Below are positions 1 through 12,737 of a DNA stretch of 64,000 nt, in pieces. Within the stretch, counting starts at the first letter, position 1; every line of letters starts with the position of its first letter. The notes below the pieces were generated by a model that saw nothing but the letters and a program-made list of their open reading frames with translations, was not told the origin of the DNA and did not search any database. The DNA comes from Basidiobolus meristosporus CBS 931.73. Taxonomy: Eukaryota; Fungi; Basidiobolomycota. The translations under genes were made by a program, and so were the position numbers. The stretch is taken from positions 62,001 to 126,000 of the forward strand of contig MCFE01000072.1 of the NCBI GenBank assembly GCA_002104905.1, in the 5' to 3' direction.

Positions 1-10
1 GGAATCTTAC

Positions 11-512
11 GTAGACACAGAGATGCCACCTGTACTGAGAACGGGATGTTCAAATCAGAGGCAGCATCAATGCAGCCAAAGTTGAAGACATCACACATCA
101 CAAAGTTTGGCTTTTCTTCAGCAAATATCCTTTTCAGCTGTTGATAGGAATAATCATAAGCTGTGTGCCACATTATCGCGACAACTTTCATGATATCCAT
201 GTGAGGGTCACTAATCAGCCTCTTTGATGCTTCCTTGATCTCCTCAACAGTTAGTGGCCCATCACCCATTGGTATTTTTCGCATCCCCCAAGGGTTCGCT
301 AAATCAAGAAATGGCGTGAAACTAGCAAAGCCCACTTCGTATCCACGTCGTTCTAATGCACTTGCAACTTGAAAAATAGGCTTCGCATGAGAGTATCCCC
401 CATAATGGGACGAGATGATGATTTTACCTGGCTGCCGCCAAGTCTCGTTAAATGAAACCTGGCCTGTGGCCAAAGAGATAAAAGATGGTAGAATAAGGAG
501 TGTAATTTTCAT
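11..512 (-). CDS. UDP-glycosyltransferase (GT1) paralog A, exon 1 only; the rest of the gene lies left of the window
   Basis: Manual translation from ATG at 512: MKITLLILPSFISLATGQVSFNETWRQPGK...GGYSHAKPIF...MCDVFNFGCIDAA. Ends at a phase-1 GTAAG donor at 10, the same position as in the other paralogs. Confidence 0.9.
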
Positions 513-552
513 ACTGTATGATTTGATTCTCCTATAGACATCATACGCATAC

Positions 553-559
553 TTATATA
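553..559 (-). promoter_or_regulatory. TATA box of UGT-A
   Basis: TATATAA 41 nt upstream of the ATG; position conserved across paralogs. Confidence 0.6.
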
Positions 560-1563
560 GTAAAAATTGCAGTGTAGAGAATCATCTTTTGGTCCAAAGA
601 CCCTCATCTACGAATAGTTCAATCTGATAAGGATGGGTGCACAAAGAATCTGATAACTCGCTGTACATTATTTCCATCTGATAATTTTGAAGTACACTAC
701 ATATCGCTTGTGGTACTACTTTTACTTAAACTCCCCCCATCAATCGTCTTACTCAACATGTATCATCATACTTAATGCAATCAATAAAGCTCTGTATATC
801 CGCTAGAACGGAAAAACTGTCAACAAACATACAACATGAATATTAGTGTACACTTCATTGTTAACTCTGAGTCATTTCAAATGCGGTGTCAGCCAGTACA
901 ACGAAGATTCAGATATAGAAGTATTTCTCGCATACCAAACATCACTCCAATATATCCCCAAAGGAATGAACTAGACAGCATGTGGTAACTGCGGAGCGTC
1001 TAGTTTATGTTTATGATGTCCTTTAAACTCAGCGAACAGGTTCAAGTCATTGCATATGCTCGTGTGTGATGATCATTACCAAATACGGCCTCGATTTCCA
1101 AAATAGGATAGAGAAGGTGTTGTGTGGCAGCCAGGCTATACTTTCGAAGATGAGATGGATGGGTCAAGTATATATGCTCCTGTACCGAGCCAGTTTATGA
1201 AGCCCTTTATTAAATTGGTTTCTCCGCAGTTGATATTTCAGCTTGCGAATTCAGTCCAATGAAGCCCTAGTCTAGATAATCATACACAATACCTGATGTC
1301 GACCCTGTCTTGTTTTGTTGGGACCAATTAGGTCTTGGCCACAAATCCACCACTTCGATCATTTGTTATTGTTAAATTATTAAGCCCTCTGATCAGAAGT
1401 TATTTGCGATTTATTTATAGCCTATTTTAGATGACAATTCTAAAGGTAGGGTGTGGATAGATGGTTACATGCTACTTGTCATAAATGTGCATTTATCTTC
1501 AACTAATTATAATTTAAGTTGGCTGCAAAGCCCTTCATATCAATTTGTCAAACGAAGTTACCT

Positions 1564-3342
1564 TCATAACGTCTTAACTTTTGTGGATTTTACAGTAGGG
1601 TTGGTAACATCAATAGCCATCTGACTCAACTTGAATAATCCATATGATAGTAAACTTGAGATGATGATTAATATCAAGTAGATATCCAAGTCACATTGTT
1701 GCCAGAGCGTCCATCTAGACTCCGGAGATTGGTGGATGCTCTTCATGGGGTCATCCGTCTTCCCGGCATATATCATCTGCTCAGCAATATCGGCCGCATA
1801 CTGAATCCGTTTGGAGTTGATTTGGGCCAGAAGCTGCATGCGATGTACATTCCTTGCGAAGTGGCCGTCTTTATCCTCAAGCAGTAGCCTGGTTTTCTCC
1901 ATCATCTCAGGGACGCTGAAGGTGGTGAGCTCCATGGGAATAGAGACTCCGGCAGACTGAAGGTTGGCAGCATTGTAAAAGTGATCCCCGAAAGTTGGTA
2001 TGTTGAGCACCCTGGTTCCAGTCACCAATGCTTCATTTGAGCTATCCAGACCCCCATGAGAAACAAATAGCACAGTGCTTGGGTGGGAAAGAATGGAGAA
2101 TTGGGGTGCGAAATCAAGGATCCTGATATCCTCATGTTGATTCTTCAGGATTTGTTCAACCTGGATGGTGGCATTGTTGACACGTATCTCTTCAGGGAAC
2201 TCTTCGGTGGCTGATGCGGAGAGAGGCCAGATGGCACCATCGATGACTTTGTCCTCGAGCAACTGCAACACACTAGTCAGGATTTTGGTGATGGTGGATC
2301 TTTCAAGTTGCGCGACGGTGCCGAATGCGATGTACACCACCTTTTGACGAGAGTCAAGGAATGTCTGCAACTCGGGCGTCAATGCTGGGTACTCGGATGA
2401 GAGCAGAGGCCCAACAAGGTGAACATTCGGTGGCAAGATCTTGGGTTTCTATGAACAATGGGTTAGATCATGAGCATGAGTCTGAAGTAAGTGACATGGA
2501 GATTCTCAGTCAAAACTTACATCGATACCGAAGAAGCTGTTGACAAACATGACTCCCTTGTCAATGTTGTTGAAGCCGAACTCTTTCCGGGCCTGTGCCC
2601 CAACCTTGACTCGCTCTCTGTTTGCTATCCGTGCAAAGCGCCAGTTTTTCCAGAGATACATCAAGCGACGCTTGAAATTACGATTGAACCGGCTAACGAT
2701 CCCCGAATCCATGGCAGCGGATCCAACATCCAATGAGCTGGTTATGGTATCTGAAATTGAGTGCACTATTGAGAATGATTGAGACCGTTTGTTAGTGACA
2801 GGCTAGCACGTATGCGAATTGGAGGGAGACCTACATATTCCTAATGAAGGGAGTTGTACAGTAAATGGAATGCCCAAATCGTGAGCTGCATCAATACAAC
2901 CAAAGTTGAAAACATCACACATCACAAGGCCTGGCTTGCCGTCAGCCAGAATTCTTGAAAGCTGCTTATACGAGTGCTTATATGATAGCTCCCACATGAA
3001 TGTGATGATTGTAAAGATACTACTGTTACCAGGTTCGCGAATACGTTTCCTTACAAGCTGCTTGTACTGTTTCAATGTTACAGGTCCATCCCCAATAGAG
3101 ATTCTTTCAAAGCCCCAAGGTTTTGCCAAGTTTACGAAGGGAGTGAAGCTGATGAAGCTTACTTCATGTCCGCGCTCTTTCAAAACATTGGCGATCTGGA
3201 ATATAGGTTTTGCGTGAGAATATCCTCCGTAGTCAGAAGCGATCAAGATTTTGCTTGGTTGCCGCCATGTCTCATTGAACACAAGATGGCCCGTCACGAG
3301 AGTGACGAGAGAAGATAGAAAATTTAATGGATAAAGCTTCAT
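1564..3342 (-). CDS. UDP-glycosyltransferase paralog B, intact, about 545 aa; exons 3342-2835, 2765-2521, 2448-1564
   Basis: GT..AG introns of 69 and 72 nt give a continuous frame. Signal peptide, catalytic His (GGYSH) and Asp (CDVF), UGT signature FAPQ..HGGLDSSNEAL..GDH, C-terminal TM helix and KVKTL tail. Confidence 0.93.
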
Positions 3343-3382
3343 ATTTTCTGTGTGAATCTCCTTCAAACGATTAACATTGCTC

Positions 3383-3389
3383 TTAAATA
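3383..3389 (-). promoter_or_regulatory. TATA-like box of UGT-B
   Basis: TATTTAA 41 nt upstream of ATG 3342. Confidence 0.5.
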
Positions 3390-4859
3390 TCCCAACATGA
3401 AGCAATATTGGTTCCTTCCAACCCTTTAGATTTCACACCGTTGACGATCTGAATACACTTCGTGTCACAAAGATAGACAGCGAGTATGCTTGGATGATCT
3501 ATCCCATTCGACCAATAGATTTTACACCCAAATATTAGTTTAATGACTTCATCGTCAATTACCCCAGTAACCAAGTGCTAGAATATGCCGCCCCAACCGC
3601 GAGAACGGAGAATCAATCGGCGCGCATGATGCTTTACAAATTTGTATTAGCTGTTGGAGGCTATTCGCTGGTACAGCAATATTCTTAAAGCACGGAGCAG
3701 AAAACTCGCTTGCTTATTATAGTATGATGATCCTGAGTAGCCCAGCAATTTCAGATTGATTGCGGAGTGTATCAACGTCAACCATCGCTGCTCGGCGCAT
3801 GTTAAGGCCGAAGAATCGTGGTGATGGTGTAGATGACGATCGATGGCCAAATATAACCAAGATGACTTAGTGTACCAGGGCACGCTACTTTCAATCGCTT
3901 GATTGGAAATGTAATGATGTGATGGCTAGTGTATTCCAAATGATATCGCGATTTTGGCTTTAGCTGCTTCATACCATGTACCACCATTAATATGATTCTA
4001 TGTAGCTAAGCCCTTGCGGTATTTCACCCGAATTAGCCGGAAACGTATGGACGAATGAAATGCATGCTGTCAGCACATACACCAGTAGAGGCCCCATTCT
4101 TTCTCTTATCACTGCAATTCCCGATTTCGAAGGTCCTGAGTTGTAACAAGAGACTGGGGCCAGGCTCTTCTCGTTGATGATGTGTTCAACGAATTAATGA
4201 AGATCACTTGTAAGCAACAACTTCTACAAACACCATGCTGTTTGCACAACCAAACCAGATATTGGATGTGGTGACAATCATTCAAGGATGCAAAGAATGC
4301 TGTGGTTAATCTTAGTCATCTGTTCTTTCATGACAAGGTGATTCATCAATGCCCTTTATAGATCCACTTGCTTTCATAGCATAATGTCATTTATATGGCA
4401 ATATCCGCAGCATACTGATCTGAGTACATTGATGGCAATATGGATAGAGTAGGTGTTTATTTTGAATTGGACCCAGGGTATTCACACGTAGGGTTGTTTT
4501 CGCTTGGCAGTTTATTGCTAAACAACGAACTACTCCAACATTTGGCAGCATCATTCCAGGTATAGAAAGGTGCAGATCATAAGATGTGTACAAAATCTGG
4601 GGATGTTTGGAACTGAAGAATTAGCACAATACGAGCACCATTGGAGCAAGTAGAAAACCATAATATAATATAAGGATACAAAAGTTTAGTAATGGTTTTG
4701 AGTTTTTGCAATAAAGAATCCTCTATTGATATGATACATCCTTTGCAGCTAGTTGTAACGCATGAGCAATCATGCCCAATATTATTTACAGTATGTGACA
4801 ATAAGGTTGGATTGTGTATTTCATTGCAACAAAGACTTCATTGTGCTGGTCTGTATACA

Positions 4860-6170
4860 AATTCCCAATAGTTTGGTTTTGGTAGGCTGAACAGGTGGGT
4901 TAATGGCACCAGCAACCCATCCGGCCAACTTGAATGCTATATAGAATATTGAAGCAGAGCAAACAACCAACATCAGGTAGGTATCCAAGTAATACTGCTT
5001 TCAAAGTAGCAATCTGGACTCAGGTGATTGGTAGATACTCTTCATAGGATCATCTGCATCTCCAGCATAGATCATCTGCTCGGCAATGTCAGCTACTTGC
5101 TCAGTTCGTTTAGAGTTGATTTGGGCCAAGAGTTGCATATGACGCAGATTCCTTGCAAATTTACCATCCTTATCCTCAAGTAGTTGTCGAACTTTTTTTA
5201 TTCATTTCTGACACGGAAAATGTGCCCACTCTCATAAATACCGATACACCGGAGGCTTCGAGATTAGCAACATTATGGAAGTGGTCACCAAAGGCTGGAA
5301 TATTCAATATTTTTATGCCAGTTACCAGTGCCTCATTAGAGCTATCCAAGCCACCGTGTGGTTTCTGAATACTAACTGCTAGATTCCACGACCTGATTCA
5401 TGATAAAATGCCAATGTAGCTTGCATTCATACAGATAAAAACTATTCACAAAAACAACATCTTTGTCCACATTGCTGAACCAGAACTCTTCTTGGACCCG
5501 TGAATCGAGTTAAAACCGATCCTTATCCACAACTTGTGCAAAGAGCCAGCTTTTCCAAAGTGAAGTCAAACGGTGTTTGAAGTTACCACTAAATCGACCA
5601 ATGAAACTAGAATCTACACTTGTAGCTCTATTGTCCAAAGCCGCGGAAACGGTATCATATATTGAGTGTACTGAGTATTCAATTTGACAGAATTACCTTC
5701 AAATAGACGAAAAAAGGAGTATTCGAGAGATTTGCATACATCCAGTGATGGTACTGGTACAGAGAATGGAATACTGGGATTGTAAGCTACATCAGCACAG
5801 GCAAAATTGAAGATGTCCCACATCACAGAACTCTGCTGTTCTTCCGCGAAAATCATTGTTGGTTGCTGATAGGTATAAGAGTATGTGACCTTCCACATCA
5901 TGAAGACAACTATGAGGATGTTTTCCCCATCAGGATCTCGCATGAGCTCGTTTAACTTCTCCATTGTTAAAGGCCTATTCACCATGGAAATCCTGGCAAA
6001 TCCACGAATGGTGTAGAACTGACGAAGCCAACATCGTATCCACGTTTCTTGAGAAAATTGGCTTTGCATGGGAATATCTTCCGCAATGAGAAGAGATCAA
6101 TATCTTCCTTGATTCTCGCCAAGTCTCATTGAATAATGCCTAACTGGAAAGCAGCCATAAGAGAAGGCAT
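4860..6170 (-). pseudogene. UGT pseudogene C
   Basis: Recognisable FNETW..SHAKPIF, exon 2 remnant with an in-frame TAA, and HGGLDSSNEAL..GDH..QSPESR. Deletions in exon 1 and the first half of exon 3, plus frameshifts and a TGA replacing a Trp codon. Confidence 0.88.
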
Positions 6171-6448
6171 GGTGGGAAATCCCAAAGCCTAATGCTACCT
6201 TATTCGAGGGAATACTCCTACTTATTTAAACTCAACCTGACTCCATGATGCAAATCGGCTATACATACAACTAGATCAACTATCCTAATATGGTCGAAAT
6301 TTCTTGTTCATTTGATGTAACAATTCGATCCATTGAAAGGTATTGAAAATTCCCAATTAAATAGAATTAGTTTCTGAATGAGCGATCATCACGGCCTCGG
6401 TAGATTCTTAATGGTTATGTGGCCTTGATGAATACTCCTATTATATAT

Positions 6449-8217
6449 TTATAGTTTTTTGACCTTCGCTGATTGATTCGCAAGGATGCAAAGTCTTCGG
6501 AGTGACCTGTACGTCAAGTAAGGTAAAGAAACACCGGCACCGATCAATATCAGGTAGATATCCAAGTCGTATCTCTTCCACAACACTAATCTAGATTCGG
6601 GGGATTGATAGATGCTCGTCATGGGCTCATCAGGTTTACCAGCATAGATCAACTGCTCCACGACATCCGCAGCGTAGTGAATTCGTTTGGAACTGATTTG
6701 AGCCAAAACCTGCATGCGACGTAGGTTACTCGCAAACTGGCCACCTTTATCCTCGAGTAGCAATTTGGCCTTGTCGGTCATTTCTGAGGAGGTGAAGGTG
6801 GTGATCTCCATTGGGATGGAAACCCCGCAGGACTGGAGGTTCACAGCATTGTAGAAATGGTCACCGAATGCTGGGATGTTCAGTATTTTTGTGGCAGTTA
6901 CCAGTGCCTCGTTAGAGCTATCCAAGCCACCGTGTGAAACAAATAGGACGGTGTTGGGGTGCGAGAGGATGGAAAATTGGGGGGCAAAATCAAGCATTCT
7001 GAAACTCGCATCTTGGTTCTTCAGGATGGGTTCAGTTGGAATGGTGGCAGTGGTGGTGGTGGTGGTGGTGGTATTATTGTTGATCAGTATTTCTTTGGGG
7101 AACTCCTCAATGGATGATGCGGAAATGGGCCAGATGACTCCATCAATCGCTTTGTCATGAAGCAGCTGGGACACGCTGGTCAGTATTCTCTCGATAGTGG
7201 ATTGCTCGAGTTGCATGTGAGTGCCGAAAGCGATATAGACCACCCTCGGATGTGAGTCAAGGAAGGCCTTCAAGTCAGGGGTCAGTGGCGGATACTCGGG
7301 CGAAAGCAAAGGCCCAACGAGGTGAACATTGGGCGGTAGATACTTTGGTTTCTGAATCGTAGCGGTTAGATATTGGGTCACAGACAAGTGTACAGTATTA
7401 TGGTGACTTACATCGACTCCAAAGAAGCTGTTCACAAATATCACCCCTTTGTCCATATTATTATATCCAAACTCTTGTCTCGCCACTGATCCAACCTTGA
7501 TTCGATCCTGGTTTGCCTTCCGGGAAAAGCACCAATTGCTCCACAAGAAGCGGAAACGACGCCTAAAGTTGCGATTGAATCGACTTAGGATTCCTGTATC
7601 CGTATCGGCGGATCTTTTATCCAAGGAGTCAGTGACAGTATCTGTTACTGAGTGCACTATAGTAAAAGGTGTTAGGCTTGTGTAGCGACTTGATTCGTGA
7701 TGGACTTACTGAGGCCCAGCGAAGGAAGTTGAACTGAGAAAGGGATATTCAAGTGATAGGCAGCATCAATACACCCGAAGTTAAATACGTCACACATGAC
7801 AAAGCTAGGTTTCTCCTCAGTAAGAATCCTCGTCAGCTGTCTATAGGAGGACTCATAAGTGATATCCCACATGATCGTGACTATCTTCATGATGCTATCC
7901 CTATCAGAATTTCGAGTAGCTTCTTTCATAATCTCCTTGTACTCTTTCATGGGTAAAGACCCCTCTCCCATAGACAATCTGTTAAATCCCCAAGGTTTCG
8001 CCAAATCTAAGAACGGCGTAAAGCTGGCAAAGCTGACTTCATACCCACGTTGTTTCAGCACATGGCCGATCTGTAGGATTGGTTTTGCATGGGAATATCC
8101 GCCATAATGGGATGAAATCAGTACCTTCTTTGGTTGTCGCCAGGTTTCATCGAACAAAAATTGGCCAGCTACCAGAGAAATGAGATAGGGTAAAGTGAGC
8201 AATGAATAAGCCTTCAT
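6449..8217 (-). CDS. UDP-glycosyltransferase paralog D, intact, about 551 aa; exons 8217-7710, 7656-7412, 7351-6449
   Basis: Introns of 53 and 60 nt at the conserved positions. All motifs are present; carries a poly-Thr insertion; tail KVKKL. Confidence 0.93.
7050..7072. repeat. (GTG/ACC)7 coding microsatellite giving poly-Thr
   Basis: gtggtggtggtggtggtggtggt, translated on the minus strand within NNNTTTTTTTTATIP. Confidence 0.9.
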
Positions 8218-8259
8218 GCTGCTCGATTCAATCTCTGGGGGAATCTAACCAGTTTGCTC

Positions 8260-8266
8260 TTATATA
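8260..8266 (-). promoter_or_regulatory. TATA box of UGT-D
   Basis: TATATAA 43 nt upstream of the ATG. Confidence 0.6.
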
Positions 8267-9129
8267 TCTACAAGTGCCAAATGTAAATTCTCTATTTGTG
8301 CCACATGTAGTCAACACCACGGAATGTAAACCTCAAGCATGTGCTATCGAAAATTATGCGGATCAGTTGTTTATGCCTATTTTTGGGTATCTGTCGCTCG
8401 TCACATCGACAATGGCCCTTGGCACTGACAGCGATGCATTAGCACATGGGTAGCTTCATGGGCGAATGGGGCTTCTACTGCTCAAAGAATGCAGCAAATG
8501 CTGCTAGCACGCGATTTCGAAGCGTCAGACTTTTATATATAACTGTCTGATACGCCTTACCAAGAGTCAAAATCCTTTCTAGACATCGGGGTTGCGAATT
8601 GATTTTTCCAGTAGCAAAGCCCTACGGATCACGTTTACGAGTACCGCACTACGTGAAAGTTAGCATTGATTGTGTAAAAAGATGTAAAGAACAGTCATGA
8701 TGGATACCAACTGCAGGCGCGATAAATAATAGTCATTTGATTTGCTCAGGGTTGACTGCATGTCAAACGTGCATATAGATTATCATCTTGATTGCGCCGT
8801 TATATAAAAACGCATTATGCTTGCTTACGACAGAAGTTGGAATTGCAAGTTGAAAGCCAGAAGCCCGAGTTTGCGTGCCATAGATCGAGTTATATGAATC
8901 CGTTATATGCCTTCGGCTTGAAACTGTTGCCACTCAATAGCACTAACCGAACATCATTAACGGATTGCGGGTAGAATTGCCAGTGTTTGCTTTGCTTTGC
9001 GCATTTACGGCCGCAAATCCATTTCTTCTCATATCGATTACTACTGGACTACTTTCAAATTGTTGCATATTTCATTGTTGTATAAGTCCATGTATTTAGA
9101 AGCAAGGCCCTAATCTGGTTCCGATTAAC

Positions 9130-9395
9130 TTATCTTGACTTTGATAGCCCTATGTAGGCAAACCATTCGGCCAGCCTCAGTGATATGTATAGAAGAGTTG
9201 ATGTGGAGCTAGCCAAGAGTAAATAAAGATCATAATCCAACTGTGTCCAGAGTTGTAGCCTATCAGGGGTTTGGTAAGTACTCTTCAATTGCTTGGCAAG
9301 ATCAGCAGCATATTGTATCCATTTAGAAGTTATCTGAACCAATGTTTGCAAGGGTTGTACATTGCTGGTTTAGCGTGGTCTTTTGGAACATTGAA
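9130..9395 (-). pseudogene. UGT 3-prime relic (C-terminal about 80 codons)
   Basis: QITSKWIQYAADLAKQL..YQTP..LYLLLASS aligns with QINSKRIQYAADVAEQM..YQSP..IYLI; no upstream exons found. Confidence 0.8.
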
Positions 9396-9638
9396 TTGAT
9401 GAAGGCTTTTATTTTCTTTGGGGGGGAGGGTGATATACTAGTCGTTTGAAGGTTTAAAGTGGGGTAAAAATAATGACCATAGACAGGGATATTCCGGTCA
9501 GAGGTACCTCGTTGGAGCTGAGCAAATCTTCATGGCTCACCGGAATTCTATATCGCTTTATTTATACTTCAAAAAGAGCTGATTGCCAAGAATAAATTCA
9601 GTAGCTGTAAATACAGAGCCCACAAGATATATCTCCAC

Positions 9639-11403
9639 TCACAGTATTTTGGTTTTGGTGGCGAGAGTATACGAGTTACTGGTATCAATAAACCATTGAA
9701 CTACTTTAAAGATTGAATAGAATAATAACGAAGCGGTGGATGCCAATATCATGTATATATCAGCATCCCACCGTTTCCAGAATGGCCATCTGGATTCAGG
9801 TGATTGGTAGATGCTCTTCATCGGATCCTCGGTTTTGCCAGCATAGAGCATTTGTTCGGCAACATCTGCAGCATATTGAATCCGTCTGGAGTTGATCTGG
9901 GCAAGTATCTGCATGCGGCGCACATTGCTGGCGAACTGGCCATCCTTGTCTTCGAGAAGTAGCTTGGCCTTCTCAACCATTTCTCGTGATGGTGAAGGTG
10001 GTGATTTCCATCGGGATGGACACCCCAGATGTTTGCAGATTAGCAGCATTGTAGAAATGATCTCCAAAGGTAGGGATGTTCAACACCCTCGTTCCAGTCA
10101 AGAGCGCCTCATTGGAGCTGTCCAGGCCACCATGAGAGACGAATAGCACGGTACTAGGATGGGAGAGTACGGAGAACTGGGGTGCAAAGTTGAGAATTCG
10201 GACATTTTCATGCTGATTCTTGAGGATGGGATCCACTGGGATGGTGGCATTGTTGATGTATACTTCATCCGGGAACTCCTCGATGGCTGAAGCGGAGATG
10301 GGCCAGATCACCCCATCAATAGCTCCATCGTCGAGCAGCTGCAATACGCTAGTCAGTATGTTAACTATTGTGGGCTGTTGAAGCTGCATGATTGTGCCGA
10401 AGGCTATGTATGCCACTCGTTTACGAGGGTTTAGGAATTCCTCCAGGTCAGGAGTCAGAGGAGGATACTCGGGGGAAAGCAAGGGCCCAACAAGGTGAAC
10501 ATTGGGTGGTAGATTCTTTGGTTTCTGAGGGTTGGTGGTGAGATGTTAGGTCGGGGACAGCTATGCAATACCAAGGCAACTTACATCGATTCCAAAGAAG
10601 CTGTTCACAAAGATCACACCCTTATCGATGTTGTTGAATCCAAACTCTTGTCGCGCCACTGATCCTGCCGTGATCCGATCCTTGTTTGCCAGCTGTGCAA
10701 ATCGCCAGTTATTCCACAGGTATTCTAATCTGTGCTTGAAGTTACGATTGAACCGGGTAATAATTCCAGAGTCAGCAGCAACAGTTCCAATGTCCAACGA
10801 GTTGGTAATGCTGTCGGATATGGAGTGCACTGGACAGAGTGGAGAGAGTTAGTCGCTACGAGGTGGTGCATGTGTCAAACTATTGGTAGGCTTACATATC
10901 CCTAATGAAGGCATCTGCATGGAGAATGGAATACGCAAAGAATGCGCGGCATCGATGCATCCAAAGTTGAAGACATCGCACATCACAAAGCTTGGTTTTT
11001 CCTCAGAAAAGATCCGGGTGAGCTGTTGATAGGAAGGGATGTATGCCAATTGCCAGAATACTGCGACGGCTGTAACGATGTTCTTCCTGTCGTGATCTCG
11101 AGTGGCATTTTTCATCGTTTCTTTGATCTGATCGGCGGTCAATGGCCCGTCACCCATGGTGATTCTCCTGAAACCCCATGGCTTGGCTAAATCTATGAAC
11201 GGCGTGAAACTGGCATAGCTCACTTCGTAGCCCCGCTGCTTGAGAACACTGGCGATTTGAAAAATCGGCTTTGCATGGGAGTATCCACCGAAGTGTGACG
11301 AGATGATGATTTTTCCTGGCTGTCGCCAAGTCTCGTTGAGCAGTGAATGACCTGATGCCATTGCGAGCAGCACTGATAGGACAAGAGATATAATGAACGT
11401 CAT
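9639..11403 (-). CDS. UGT paralog E; exons 11403-10896, 10829-10585, 10524-9639; one +1 frameshift near 9985 (likely consensus error, otherwise a pseudogene)
   Basis: Splice sites conserved (66- and 60-nt introns). Exon 3 is 886 nt versus 885 in intact paralogs; tail KTKIL. Confidence 0.8.
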
Positions 11404-11441
11404 GGTGTTGATGATGAGGTTGATCTCGATTTAAGCTGGTC

Positions 11442-11448
11442 TTTTATA
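11442..11448 (-). promoter_or_regulatory. TATA box of UGT-E
   Basis: TATAAAA 39 nt upstream of the ATG. Confidence 0.6.
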
Positions 11449-11899
11449 CCCTCGAAGCTAGGAGGGCCTGGCTGCACGTTATTGCGTACTCGCCCGGAAT
11501 AGCAAGCTGCCTTCATCATACTTTGTGCCATGTGTAAATGGGCTATACATTTGTTAGAGCTCTCTATCTAAACGAGGATTATATTAAGAATATGCAGCAA
11601 CTGCAGCATGAATTCAGTACACCTTTAGTCATAATTAGTGCTCACCTGGGCATGTGCGATAGGGGCTTTAGTGCCTGAGCGTAAAAATAATCAAATGGCA
11701 CTAGGATTTTCCGAACAATTATTAATGAATAACCCCATGGACATTGCTGAGCCCTGGAAAAAACCTGTAATTATTAGATGGTGTCGGTCTTCATAAAGAT
11801 GAATAGGAGAGACCAACAGATGGACCATGTTAGTGTCTTGACCCGCGATTTCTACAGTATTTTGCCTTGATAATTAACAACAATAGCAAGCTAATAAGA

Positions 11900-12262
11900 G
11901 GATATGGATAGTAAGATTAATTAATCAAGTCGAAAGTCACACTTCCATTGTGGATTCAGCGGTTGACGAACGCCCTTCATCGGTCTTTGGGCTTTACAGA
12001 CATAACGCATCTGCTCGGAAACATTCGCAGTATACTGAATTCATTTTGAGTTGATCAGCGACTTCTTTTGTAAGTAACTCTGAGAAATGTGGGGTGAATA
12101 CTTGCAGAACATAAGATTCAGTAAGGCGAACATTGGGCAAGGGTTTCTTCACAGATCACCCCCTTAACTACATTGTCGTCAAGTCACCCATTTGTCATCG
12201 GTTGAGTAACAGGTAGTTAAAGCTGCAACTGAATCCAAAGAATCGGTAACAATAAGCACGGA
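11900..12262 (-). pseudogene. Heavily deleted UGT relic
   Basis: Minus-strand fragments VTDSLDS, DNVVKGVI, LPNVRL and IQYTANVSEQMRY..PMKGVRQP match exon 2 and exon 3 motifs in order, with large deletions. Confidence 0.7.
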
Positions 12263-12737
12263 ATAGAATACGATTTTTACCAAAGTTCAATTGCTATAGA
12301 ATTTTGCGTTCTCTACGTATTGTGTCATATGCAGATAGGGAGAGCTCCGTTCTCGTATGTGATATGTGGATAAGGAATGTTTGTATCGCACATGTATTGA
12401 GCTAGTAGTGAGCACCCAAATGGATTAATACAATGCAAACTCAGGCCATTACCCTTGCCCTGAAACAGACGAGCCACTATCATGCCCATGTGGGGGTTTT
12501 CGCGGTGGAGGAGTCCTACTTCAAATCCGTGATGATATAATCAAATCCATATTTGCTATATATATATATTCACCGTCATGCTGTATGTTCGAAATGGTCA
12601 TTTATTTATGAAATCTGGGTTGTGAGGAATTTCTGGGGCATATCCTGTATTAATCTGAGCACGTTGCAGTTGATTTGGATAAAAATACACATCACTGATC
12701 GCGTAAGATGAGGTGGAGTTGATTTTGGGGCTGCTGC

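Noticed and set aside
3343-3405. Longer N-terminus for UGT-B (MLHVG...)
   Set aside because: Non-ATG start that overlaps the TATA-like box; ATG 3342 gives the 508-nt exon 1 and signal peptide seen in paralogs.
4090-4850. CpG-poor stretch between UGT-B and pseudogene C as a TE insertion
   Set aside because: No termini, TSD, recognisable domain or second copy found by eye.
9973-9990. Programmed ribosomal frameshift in UGT-E/F
   Set aside because: No slippery heptamer, the two copies differ at the site, and G has the same tract without the extra base; artefact is more parsimonious.
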